DNA of 64,000 nucleotides, from the NCBI GenBank assembly GCA_905178155.1, contig CAJINV010000012.1, positions 1,988,492 to 2,052,491 of the forward strand. Reading direction: 5' to 3'. Shown here one piece after another: positions 1-11,769 of this stretch. The DNA is from Amoebophrya sp. A120. Lineage: Eukaryota > Protista > Dinoflagellata. The position numbers were made by a program, and so were the translations under genes. Position 1 is the stretch's first letter. Every line of letters starts with the position of its first letter. The notes below the pieces were generated by a model that worked only from the letters and a program-made list of their open reading frames with translations, made no database searches and was not told where the DNA came from.

Positions 1-1784
1 ACCTGCAGCTCCGCGTCGGTCAACTTCCTGGAAGAAAGTTCCGCTTTCTCCTTTGCCTCTTCGTATTTCTGCGATAATAAATCGGACTTTCGCATCAACT
101 CCTGTATTCGATCCTCCGCCGCTTCTTGATCTTGAGACACGGAAGTTTTGAGGTGCTGGTACTCGGTATTTAATTCGGTGAATTTTCCCTCCAGCGCTTG
201 TTTCTTCTGCGTCAGCTCCGCAATCTCCTGCTCTGCCTCGTGTCTCTTCTGTGTCGCGTCTTGCTCGGCAGATGCGAGCTTCTGCTGCGAAGCAGTAACT
301 TCTTTCTCGGCGGTCTGCAGCTTGTCCTCGAGAGACTTGGCTTTTTCGGCAACCACAGTGTGATCGCGTTCGAGGGCTTCCTTTGTTTGTGAGGATGAAA
401 TTTGATGTCTTCTTCACTTGCAGTTTTTCCGAAGATTCAAGCAGAAAATCGATGGTGCTCCTGGTTGTGCAGATCAAATCGCAAAAATGTCATGCGGATA
501 AAAAACTACGAGTACTACGAACAGCTGGTTCAAATTTTATCTTGAATGGAAATGGATCTTCTAGAACTGTGAAACTAATACCCTCCGGTCCACCTCTTCC
601 CGCCTTCTACTCTCCGCTTCCAGCACCTCCTGGTCCTTCGCCCCAAGTTTCGCATCCACACTCTCTTTCTCTTCCCTGAGCTGTTGGTTTTCCAGCCTGA
701 TTGCGTTCAAGTTCTTTTCATACGACCCTTCGAGTTCTTTCTGCTTGTCCTTCTCGAACCCCACCTTTTTCCGCAGCTCCTCCCGCTCCTGCTTCACTTG
801 TTTCAGCTCAACGCTATGCATTGCAAAAATGTCTGGGTCTGAAAAGTTCGAACCTGTAATGCGTGTGTCGCATGTCTGAAAAATTTGTATTGCATAAGCA
901 GCAACTCAAGCGCCACACTTTCGTCATGCAAAAGCGCAGTTTGTAATGCCAATGCGTTCTGCGCATGACAAAGCGTTTGAAAAATTTGTCATGCTGCGCT
1001 GCACTTAAAAGCACAGTCAATCGTAACCATTCAGCATCACAAGTTTCCAGACCCAGACTTTTTTGCAATGCATAAACGCTGTTGTCGTCCAATTCGTCCA
1101 GCCTTTTCTTCACTTTCTCCAACTCAATCTCCCGCATCCGCAGCTGGTTCACCGTGTCCGCCAAGTCCGTCGAGGTTTCGCTGTGTTCCGCCCGTAATTT
1201 CTCCAACTGCTCTTCTGCGTCTTTCTGTGCGGTCAAGTGCACCGTGAGCCTTGTATTCAGCGTTTCTTTCTCGCTTTGCATCTGTTTCCGTTCCTCCACC
1301 AGCTGCTTGATTTCCTCTTGCAAGACGTCGACTTGCTGCAGCGATTGGCTTTGCCGCGATTTCGCATGGGAAATTTCGTCATCCCTCTCCGCGTTGGCGA
1401 GCTTCGTGCGCTCAATTTCATCCTCGAAAGCCTGCTTCTCGCCCTGACAATGTTGACACGTGTTTGTGATGCAGATGCTGACAACTCATCACACACATCT
1501 GGTACTAGTAACACACAAGAACATGATGTGCGACGCGACATTTACGCGGCAAAAAGAGTACAACAAGACGTCCTACAGTACAACGTACGTACCTTCAACC
1601 TCGTGATCGCCCCTTCCAACTCCGATATCTTTGCCAGCTGCGCATCCAGTTTGTCTTCCAGGTTTTTCAGTTTCAAATCTTTCGAGGCGACCGTATCTCG
1701 GAGCTTGGCGACTTCGCGGTTGCGCTTGATGAGCTCGCCCTCGAGCTCTTCCAGGTTCCCCAAAGCAGCGGAGGAGGAAGACAT
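1..1784 (-). CDS. Coiled-coil protein, multi-exon, 3' end runs off the window
   Basis: Exons read as E/K/L-rich heptads (MSSSSAALGNLEELEGELIKRNREVAKLRD...; QEEIKQLVEERKQMQSEK...). GT-AG intron at about 1444-1591. Removing introner 815-1074 plus one direct repeat restores the frame (DDNS-VELK). Confidence 0.75.
815..1074. mobile_element. Introner element, family B
   Basis: TIR TATGCATTGCAAAAATGTCTGGGTCTG / CAGACCCAGACTTTTTTGCAATGCATA; 5-bp direct repeat AACGC. Confidence 0.9.
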
Positions 1785-2437
1785 GCTGTGATGTTTCAAT
1801 CAGACGAGGCGGCGTTGCGAAAACAGGATGTCGTAGCTCTTGCCCCAGCCAGCGCTGAATCTGAGATTTGTACGGGTACACAACGCGATGTACCCGGTAC
1901 CAGCGGCCTTGATGTTCTTGCCTGGGAGATGCAGCTAGTCCCGCTTGTTGTCCATCTGGGCTTGCTTGCGTGATGCTGATGCTACCTGGAGCTGTGGCGG
2001 TACGTTGCCGCAGGCATCATGATTCTGCTAGTCACTACTAGTTGTAAAGTCATGAGCAATTCACTCAATATGCCAGTAGCGGGGCAGAGGCACGTGCAAC
2101 AAGAAGTCGCCGCGCTCTAAAACAAAATCACTCAGCAGAAGGAGAAGGAACTTTATCTTGTCTTCTTCTCTCCTACTTATCCACTCCAAGAGCCAGCAGA
2201 GACCGGCTTCCCACCAGAAGCAAGCTGCTACTTCTCATAAACGTCATCATACAGATACCGAACATCGGATGTTTCTCGATGAGCATAGAGGGAAAAGGCC
2301 CCTGCAAAGAATTGCTTGTCTTGTTGGTCCACCAACATCATGGCCGACGATTGCACTCAATCATGGCTCGGGCGCGAAACTACATTGCAAAAAAATAATG
2401 TTGGGCTTATGGTCCTGCTCCTGCTCGTCGTCGTCCT

Positions 2438-2899
2438 TATGAATGGACAACTTAGAAAAGTAGACCATAAACGACCCTTTGAAATCAAGAAAACAGCTCT
2501 TCGCAAAAAATGACTTTTGATCCGAACTTGTGATTTTTGCATTTGAAAGTTGTAATTTTTCGAGCTGCGATTTTTGCATTTCCGTTTTTCTTTATAAGTA
2601 TTTCGATCCGAAATGTTAATAGTTCAAACCGAAACATCGCATACTTCAAGCCGAGAAACAACTTCTTTTAAAGGGAGAAACTTCAATACCGATGAGGAGG
2701 AACCTTCAATACACAACTACCCGACCTTCGATAAACAACTAACCCGACTTCTTTTTCCTTCAACTTCCACCTTCAATTCCTTCAAGATCACAAGAGCTTC
2801 TTGATCAAAAAACCACACAAAACCACAAAAACTGAGCTCCTCTATGACGACCGGAAATTTCCAAAAGTTGTGGTTTACCGTAGAGCCACAACTTTTCGC
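2438..2899 (+). repeat. Left terminal inverted repeat of the giant element
   Basis: Starts TATGAATGGACAACTTAGAAAAGTAGACC and is the reverse complement of 17906-18367 (2 mismatches seen). Internal repeats GATTTTTGCATTT and CCACAACTTTT; 20-bp tandem duplication at the inner edge (about 2880-2919). Confidence 0.95.
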
Positions 2900-4016
2900 G
2901 TAGAGCCACAACTTTTCGCCATTCTTCATTCCTTTGCGAGACCGACACGACTTTTGCGGGCGCGCATCCGCTTGTTCGATTCAGTGGTTGAATTTCAACT
3001 ATTCAAAATAGTGCTGATGCATTTTCATAATGGAGATGCTCAGATGGCACAAGTTCAGCTCCGCAGCTTGTGCAGCGTCAAATCAAAGTTTTTGGCAATC
3101 AGCGCGCTTCCCGCATCTTCTCCTCAGTGGCGCGACAAAGTGGCTCAGTTCTAGAGAAGAGGTTCTTGCGTCTCAAGAAAAAAGGGCAAAGCACGTTGAT
3201 CGTCAGTAATACGAGACGCCCGAAGAGATGGGCGAAAGTGACAGTAGCATAAGCCACCCATAACGTAGATACAGAGGTATCTACAGGGTGGAAGAAGTGA
3301 AAGATGTAGTTTTTTTGCCTAATGCTGACAGTGCGCAAGCACTGCCAACATCAAGCGAAGAGACGGTGATGCTGCTGGTCGATGTCGTTTGTAGTGCGAA
3401 ACAAGAAAGGCAGCTCAACAAAGAGAGATCACTAGAAATTTATTTCTAAACAGAAAAATATCTTGGATAGTTTATTTTGTAAATATATAGTCTGCGATGC
3501 AATAAACTGGAACATCGCAAACGGTAGAGATGAGGATGTTTTTTTTTCTAAAACAAAAAATAATGAAAGTTAAATCATTAACATTGAAAACGAACTGTAG
3601 CACAAGTAAAAACTGAAGATCCACCTCTACCCGAAGCTTGCTAGTGAAGCTGAAGCACATTGACTCTGGCTCCTCCAACTCGCTCTCGCAAGTGTAAACA
3701 TGCTGACACTTCCCCGCTCTCGATAGCACTAGTACTCGCCAACGAAAGCAATACACCTACGTCTCCTCTTGGGTGGAGCACTTACGTCAGCTTCTACTTC
3801 TACTTCATAAATTGCTAGTAGTAAAAGCAACAGGAAACACCCGCACAGCCACAGATGTGATGCTGATACAGGTGCATGTTGCCAGTGACGACGCCAATAC
3901 TTTCAGTACGGAGGCGACTACAGACGTTGCAACGAAATTTTCGTGGTGACATAGCCAGAGCGAAAGTGAAAATTGCTAGTCTTATAGCCGATCCTTCCCG
4001 AGTTCAACTTAGTTCA

Positions 4017-7000
4017 TCACATCTTGAAGAAATCAAAACCACCGAAGTCATCCTCATCCATAGACGGACCGCGCGAGCGCTTCCCAGACTCCTCTTCGGC
4101 GGGACTCATCGGTCGCTTTGGGTTTTTCTTTGGGCGCCCCTTCGCCTTGGCCTTCGCGTTCGCACCCGAGGACGACGAAGACGAGGACCCACCTTCCTGT
4201 TCGTTGGGGTTCATCAGGTTCTTCTTGTGAAACGGGTTGCTCTCCCCCTCACCGAACGGGAACATGAAGAAGGTCATCCCGTCACCCAGGTCATCCTTCA
4301 CCTTGGCGTCCTCCATGCCCACGAGCTTGTCGTACTCGGTAGTCTGCATCTTCGTGATCGCGTCCTGTTCCGCTTTGGTGGGCGGCTTGTTTTTAGAGTT
4401 CAAGGCCTTCTTGCCGAAGTTCTCGCCCAGGTGGCTGTCGTCGGAGAACGTGTTCTTGTCCAGCGAGCAGAAGGGGTACTTGTAGTACAAGTCAAACGTG
4501 TTTCCGAAGGCGATCTTGCGCGGCTTGAAGATGATGGTCTGATCGACGTAGGCCTTGTTCGGGCGGAACTCCAACACCATGTTGTCCATCTTCAACACGA
4601 AGTCCATGTTCACATCCTCGGCGTCAACGTCCTTGCGCTTCACCAGCTTCGCCGGGACGCGGCACGGCAAGATGAAGGCCTTCTGCGTGTCCGTGGAGCC
4701 GAGGACCCACTCGTTGTCCTTATAAAAAGCGTGGCCGCTCATCAAGTCCTCGCGCTGGTAGTGCTGCTTGTCGAGGTGCGCGATCTCATGCGGGACCTGA
4801 AAAAAATTACATTGTTGGTCAGTGTTTAAAGTTTATGCGTAGGCTTACGCTTTTTACATTACATTCATTGCAGGGCGCTTGCGCATTGAGTTTGCAATAA
4901 CAGTTGATGCTGGCTATGACAATGAATATGACATGAGTATATCTACTGTCTATACCGGAAGCGCGCATATTACATGAAAATGACAATCGCTCTTCATCTA
5001 TACCGGAAACGTCTTCGCCATCGCGCGGACGGTCAAGCACTTGTGCTCCTGGGCCATCTTGATCTCTTTCTCCAACCGCTCGCACTCGGACTTCAGGCGC
5101 ATCTTGCGCTTCTTCATCTTCTCACCCTGCTCATTGCGGGCCAGCATCGCCTTCTCCTCCAGCATCAGGACCGCGTGCTCGTCCGTCTTCTTCCGCTCTT
5201 TGAACCGCGCCTTTTCGTCGATGACACTTTGCGCGATCGCGCGGCGGGTCTCGGTCTTCCAGGACCGCTCGTACGCCGCGAAGGCCGCCCGCAAATCCTG
5301 CATCTCTTTCTTCAGCTTCGCAACAGCGGGGGAAACACCGGGACCGGTGATGACGGCCTGCGCGTCGTTCAACACCGCCAGCGGTCCCTGATCGCCGCAG
5401 CTCAGGATCACGCGCTGCCCGGTCGCCAGATTCACGGCCGGCTCTGGTGTTGTTTTCATTTTAGAAATAAGACTGCAGTTTGTGTCGGTCACTGTCGCTC
5501 ATGATCATGCAAAGGCCAGCGCCAATTTATGATGCTAATCTGCGATGCCTGGAACTCACAGTAAATGCATGCAGATCGGACGCAAAGAAAAAATAGAGCA
5601 CGGGTCTCATGCTCCACCATGTGCAAGGAGGTTTGTCCACACTTATCCATATTGAGGAGCTTCAGGTCGAGTTTGATGACCTGGCGCACTTCCTTCAGCC
5701 GGGCCTCTTCTTTTTTCTTCGCCGCGATGTCCTGGGCGCCGAACAACCACACATCACCGGAATTGAACTTGCCCTCACGCGGGGTCTTAGCAGTGACCAG
5801 CTGTTTGACGTCGGTGATGGTCTGATTTGAGTAATTGTGTTTTGTATAAACGAGTGGATGTGGAAGTGGATGCGGAAATGGAAAAGGAAGTGGTAAAGGA
5901 AATCTAAAACACAATGGACGCTGCATATGAAACCAAGCACGAAGGAGCGTGTAATACTGGCTCTGGTAATGATGCAGATCACAGATGCTATCCCTATATT
6001 TATACTTACGCATGCAGATGTACATGCACAGCAAGAACGATAAGAAAAACGCACCTCGCAGCTCACGCCCTCCTCTTCGAAATGGAAGTCTTTGGCGGCG
6101 TTCCGCGCGGTCTCGGTGATTACCCGCAGAATCAGCTGATTCCAGAAGTCGGTCGCCAGCTTGTCCTTGTGGCAGCTCAAGCGGAAGCAGTTCTGCAGGT
6201 TCATGAGCTGCCCCTTGTTGACGGTGATCCTATTCTCCCCCAAGGTCAACTCGAAGTAGGCGCTGAGGGCGAGGTCCTTCACGGTCGAGTGTTGCCATTT
6301 GATCCCGGAGTCGAGCACTCTCGACCTGTTGTTTGATTTATTCGATTTCGTTTTCAATTTCATTTGCAGTGACGGACTTATTTTCACCTTCACTTTCACT
6401 TTCACTTTCACAACAGCGACAATAGAAATAAAATCATAAGTGATCGAATACCGACTCTGACGCTTTTTGTCGATACTGAAAATACACATACAGAGCATGC
6501 TTTTAGAAAATTGCTTTTGTGTTAGAAAGACTTAGTGTTTGCGTTTAGGTCCAGCGTCAACACATGCAGATGTAGATTGGTCACAGCGTGTCCATCTCTT
6601 TGTGAGTGCGGATCGAAGCTTGGCACTCTCATACATATTTTCTTCCACTGCACCGCGACACTAGCTGCACCGAATAAAAAAGCGCGACGGATCAAATCAC
6701 ATAGACATCTGGACACGGAGACTGAGATGGTGATAAAGTGGCGCGCGTTTATCTAGAAAACAATAACGACATCAAAATACCGCAACTGCGAGGGAAAGTT
6801 CTCTTCGTCACCCTCCTCCTGCTTGCGCCGGACGACATCCGCCCAGTTACAGCTCACCGCTCCCCATTCCCGCCCGCACTGCAAGTAAATTTCGATCTCG
6901 GTCTTCATGCTACCGACGGCCGAGCACTTGCTCTGTGGTGTTGTTTTGAGTTGGAGTCTCAGGTATATGCATCACGAGATTGCTCTTGCAGTTACAGGCG

Positions 7001-10000
7001 GCGAACGTGGAAATTTTCGAACTAAATATGGCACGGATAGAAACTCCATGCTCCTCGAAGTTCAAATGTACACACTGACACGCGACAAAAAGCGCAATTA
7101 AGTTTTGTTTTACCTTGAAGAACTTGAGCTCGTCCATGTCGGAGTCCGGATTGTCTTTTTTGAACTGCAAGTAGGCGGAATGTATCTGAGAAGTTTTTCG
7201 ATGCGTTGTTCAAACGTGACGCTTTCGCATTCCTTATCATTGGCAATAATTGAAAATACTACAGGCACGAGCACACGCATTGTCGCAATGCCAGCCCGTG
7301 GCACGAAGCCCCGCTTTTACGCCGCGATGAAGCGTAAGCTCGCACTGGCACAGCAGCGGAAGATAAAGAAGCCAAATGCAGCTCGCACTATGGCGCAGCA
7401 ACCAGCTGCGCGAAAGGCGATGAAGACAATGAAGAAAGGCGCGAAGGCCCGGCAGATCGGAAAACCGAAACCGCAGCAGCCTGCGCAGAAGACTCACGTT
7501 GTGGATTCAGAAGAGAGAAGCGGAAGTCTTACCATGCAGGACTGCATTCGCTTCGGGCTTCATTTGCAAACTAGTGCGGGCAGAAAATTGGAAGCGGGAA
7601 AACAATATCGCCTCGCGTGGTCAATCGCGTGCCTCACCGGCAGACGCGGTATGGACGTCCGGTGTTTGACCATGGACGACGTACGCGGCGAAGAGATTAG
7701 AATAGGAAATACAAAGACTGCGATCGCGCAAGGAGGGCGCGGCAAGCTAAAATGGGTTCCCATTAAGCCCAGCAAGCAGACGGCAGCTTTTTTGAAGGAG
7801 CGAAGGCGCGCACTACAGGACAAAGGGCTAAGTGGGGAAGATCGCGTGTTTGACTTTAACTACGAAGCCTTTGAAAAAAAAATCCGCGCTGCGCGCGCGA
7901 CGTTCAAGTGCGAAGGGCAGCGGAGCTGCCCCCCGACGCTGATTACCAGCCACACCCCAAGGCGCAGCCTTATTACGCATCTGCACAAGCAGGGGACGGC
8001 GCTTAGCACCATAATGCAAATCTCCGGGCACGCGTGTTTAAGCACTCTCATGCACTATCTAGAACGCGACTACTCATATCAGATCGAAGCCGCTGAGAAA
8101 GTCAAACTCTAGATACAAGAGCCCTCTTGTCGCTTGTTGAAAGAGATGAAGCTGCCACGACGACAATGCGAACAGTAGTACATAGGTGCGCCTCCAGTTG
8201 CGATCTCAGTCTTATTTTTGCGACACATGAATGAAAATTGAAAAGCAGGAAATAAACTATACTTCCGGGTAGACACTCAGTATTTTTTCTGTCATTGTCG
8301 TAGACAATGGAGAATTATTCTCATTTTGTAATCTGAGAAAAGTTCTCAGTAGCGGCTCGTACTCGCGGATCTTCTCGGAGAGGACGGTGAGCCTGATGGT
8401 AGTTTTAGATGAAAACATTACAAGAGGCAAGAATGATAACGGTTTGGATTTGGAGCGAAGTGGGAATTGAATTCGCCGATGAGTGGCCATTACTGAGAGG
8501 TAATAACTCCTGACGCTACATGAACATGTACATCTTCACGAACATAAATTATGAGCACAAAATGAGGCAGCAAAAACAAAAAGTACGTCAATCCCAAGCG
8601 TTCGTAAATGCCCGGCCCACCTTCTTCCAAGAGGAGTTGCTTTGCGGCGAGGGTGGAGTGCCATCCGCTGATGACCTCGAAGGCCGGCTCGACGTTCTCG
8701 TCGTCACTGCTTGTTCCGACCAGGTTGTTGATGCGGCTCGGCTTGATCAGCAACTTTTCCTTTTGTCCGGCGGCTTTAATCTCGTCTTTGTCCGACAACG
8801 GAATCACGACGATATCTGAAGAGGGCGGGGTTGTTGATGGTGATTCCGATTTCGATTTGCTGGCAGAACTACCAACTTTTTTATCATCACTATTACGGCG
8901 GAACGCGGGGAGCGTCATAACGAACTCCCTTAATTTTTGGTGCGCTGCCGCCCGGCGGCGCTTCTTCTGGGTCTGTTTTTCCAGCACCGCTGCGACCTCG
9001 ATATCGCTAGGTGAGAAGTCAACGTCACTGCTCGCGGGGCTGTTTTCGCAACTACCAGAAGCGGAGTCGTCCGACTCGCATGGTGGTGTCGCACTATGCG
9101 AGCCTTCGAAGGCGGGCCACGAGAGACGGCCGTTCTGTTGCTCGCTGAGGTGCTGGAGTGCCATCCTTGTATGGTGGCCGGACAATATGTGGGGCATCTG
9201 GTCAAGCCACACCAGCGGCATCGGGGACTGGTACACACTAGATAACTGCTCATCAGCCCACCCGAAGATGAGGCAGCGCGGCGGGGTAGTGTACACTTTT
9301 TGAAACAAAGCCGATTTGTCGGGGCGGGCAACGATGTTGCTTCGTGGCCTTTTACCGCCCGAAATCATCATGCTCTTGAGGAAACAAACATGCTTTTCCC
9401 GGGCCCGACGGCGACTATCTAACCGGAAATCAAGGAACCCGGGCCACGACAAGGGGTCGCGGATGTCGAAACCGACGGGGAATGGGTCATCGGGTGTACG
9501 GCCTAATCTGAACAGGGCCCGCTCAATCTTGCCGCAAATGTACCAACTCCAATGCTCACCAAAGATGCCTATGGGTGAGAAATTGGGGGCAATTTTGTAC
9601 TTCAGACTATGTCGCTGGCGCAAAATATGGTGGAAGGCGCGGGTAGTTCGAGGGGTACATCTACTGCTATTCGTGGTTGTATTGTGAAAAAAAAGTAATA
9701 TATACCCTTGACTTTGACGTAGTCGCCGCTGGTCATTGCGTCCAGGAGGGTCAAGCAGTGCTGCCAGGAACGGAGGGGATTCCGGCGGGACTCCCCCAGC
9801 TGGCGGAGCGTGGCTTGCAGCAAAATCGCGCCGGCTTTGAACTGCGGAGAGGTGAATCTCATCACGAAGTCCGAGAAGTCCTTCTTCATCATTCCCCCGG
9901 CGTGCCAGCAAGTCATGACCTGCTCCACTTCTTTGGCAGTCGGTAAACCCGCCTTCATCTCCTTGCACAAACCGATGACGGACGTCCACGACACGTTGGC

Positions 10001-10186
10001 ACCGACGGGCAAGACCTGATCGAACTGCGAGTCCGGGTCCAACTTTCCCAACCGCGCGACTTCTTCTTCCTCCTTCAACATCTCCAACAACGAGATCTCT
10101 TTTTCCTTTTCCTTATCGCCGGCGCCGGAAAGCGAGGACTTAGGTCCCGCTGAAGTAGACACTTCAGCGACGGGCTTTTTGCTCAT
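4017..10186 (-). CDS. Transposon cargo gene, multi-exon, with ParB/Srx-like motifs; may be one gene or two
   Basis: Phase-compatible GT-AG chain of exons ending at about 8586, then about 8392-8263, 7185-7114, 6878-6781, 6325-6067, 5821-about 5600, about 5470-5003 and about 4796-4017. Motifs PHILSGHHTRMAL and FEVISGWHSTLAAKQL...LQNENNSPLSTTMTEK. The 5' exon (MSKKPVAE, 10186) junction is uncertain. Confidence 0.6.
7288..8112 (+). CDS. Tyrosine recombinase (phage integrase family catalytic domain) with basic N-terminal tail
   Basis: Full catalytic set in order: LTGRRGMDV (R), NTKT (K), HTPRR (HxxR), ISGH (H), LMHYL (Y). Intronless. ATG at 7288 inside ORF 7105-8112. Confidence 0.9.
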   Translation: MPARGTKPRFYAAMKRKLALAQQRKIKKPNAARTMAQQPAARKAMKTMKKGAKARQIGKPKPQQPAQKTHVVDSEERSGSLTMQDCIRFGLHLQTSAGRKLEAGKQYRLAWSIACLTGRRGMDVRCLTMDDVRGEEIRIGNTKTAIAQGGRGKLKWVPIKPSKQTAAFLKERRRALQDKGLSGEDRVFDFNYEAFEKKIRAARATFKCEGQRSCPPTLITSHTPRRSLITHLHKQGTALSTIMQISGHACLSTLMHYLERDYSYQIEAAEKVKL

Positions 10187-10328
10187 CTTTACACGCTCTG
10201 CACGGAAAAAACCACGCCGCGTGGACAAGATCTACACTAACTCAGACTGATTATCGCTCGCACTGGACTGCGTTTTTGATTGAAAATAAAGTAGTTTTGT
10301 GGAAAAGTAGTGCATTTCCAGAACGTTC

Positions 10329-10481
10329 CAAAAGTGGCCAGATCTCAGAACGAGACTACTTTAATTAAAAATTAATTAATTCTTGTGCTCTGAGATTTTT
10401 TGCATGATATTTTCAGACAAATCAATGATTTTTATTTATTTTTAATTAAAATAATCGCGGTCTGAGATTTGGCCAATTTTG
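10329..10481. repeat. Central AT-rich imperfect inverted repeat (candidate recombination or binding site)
   Basis: CAAAAGTGGCCAGATCTCAGAACGAGACTACTTTAATTAAAAAT ... ATTTTTAATTAAAATAATCGCGGTCTGAGATTTGGCCAATTTTG; arms about 50 bp, spacer about 50 bp. Confidence 0.8.
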
Positions 10482-11769
10482 CATCAACATAAAAATTGCA
10501 TTACTTCAGTCATTTTTGATCTCGAACATGGTTTGGCTCGTGTTGAAACCGACTCCGTTCTCTCCTCATCAGACCGACAAAACGTGCTTGAACAATGTCC
10601 AAACCGACCCCATTTGTGCATGATCTCGCTGCGCGCATGCAGTAATTACGTCTGCTCTCATTCAAATTTCGATCTCGCCGCGCAGCTCGAAGCTCGTACT
10701 TCATACTTCAATTTGTCGCAGAAACAAGCAACGACCCTCGTCCTTTCATCGTATTATCGGCGGGATCATGAGCACCAATACGGGGGTAGAGTGGCAATTT
10801 TTGGAATCTGTGATGCTGCGACCGTTCATTTTACGACCATGGTCTCTCCTTCTCCATATGAACTTCATGAGACAAAAGCGCGAAGATTTGACAAGATGAA
10901 GGAGGTTTCTATGCGGGTAGAAGAGTATCACGTGGTCCATTTTTGCAGATCTTTTTTGTTGGACGAAGATAATCGAGTGTGTTGCTGGAGGAAGATTTGC
11001 TTGCTTCGGGAACTATAGTTGCTGTGCAAGTAGTGCGCGAGTCTTGGATTTTACATACATGATATACCGCGCGCTCTATTTCTATTTCCCTCATTTTTGC
11101 AGCTTCAATGCTTCCCTTAGTTGCGCAAAGCAGCCAGGAGAAGACATCAGCCATATCAAAGTCGGAGAATCATCGCGAGCAGCATTGAACTATTTGGGGC
11201 TGGGTACAAACGCAGTTGGGGCGAGTTTTTTCATAACATTGGCTTTTTTTATCGACGAATGCTGGGCACCATTGCACACACAGGGAGCATATGTAGCAGC
11301 AGATCACTGTCATACTTCTTTTCATTACAAACACAAATACAGAAGGGAGCAACGTCTTCTCTTGGGTACAGCATATGATAATTTTGCCTGCATCAGGCTG
11401 GAGTGCGGGTACTACGTACATGAGCAGGCGATGAATAACGACGGCGCGGGCTAACGGATACGGAACCGAAAGCACTAGTCGTCGACTTCTCGACTAGATT
11501 TCAAAAGACAAGTGCGTCTGATGCTGATTGTGGTGGAAGTGCGCACGCAAGTGCATATCTTTATCTATAATTATACCGCACAAATGAGGAAGCCAAGTGA
11601 TCGCACTGTGTCTGTACCTGCGGGCGGAAGCGCATTTGCAACCACAACCACGTCGCAGATACATGTACGCGCGAATTCGAATTGGACATGAACATGTGAA
11701 ATACAAATACAAAGGGAAACCCAAATACAAATCGGTAGTTACATTACATGCTTTGATTTCTGTACAGGT

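Noticed and set aside
2613-2929. Small ORFs duplicated at 17903-18192
   Set aside because: They lie inside the TIRs, so the duplication reflects the repeat rather than coding function.
3876-4829. 317-aa plus-strand ORF and similar long antisense ORFs (13174-13998, 50886-51894)
   Set aside because: They are shadows of GC-rich minus-strand coding exons and show no recognisable motifs.
5855-5905. Hexamer-periodic tracts (GGAAGT/GGATGT; also CACTTT near 6385-6410)
   Set aside because: Short degenerate microsatellites within introns, with no evidence of function.
10479-11454. Plus-strand ORFs of 179 and 136 aa inside the giant element
   Set aside because: Non-ATG starts, no motifs and no clear splice chain; a cargo gene cannot be excluded but is not supported.
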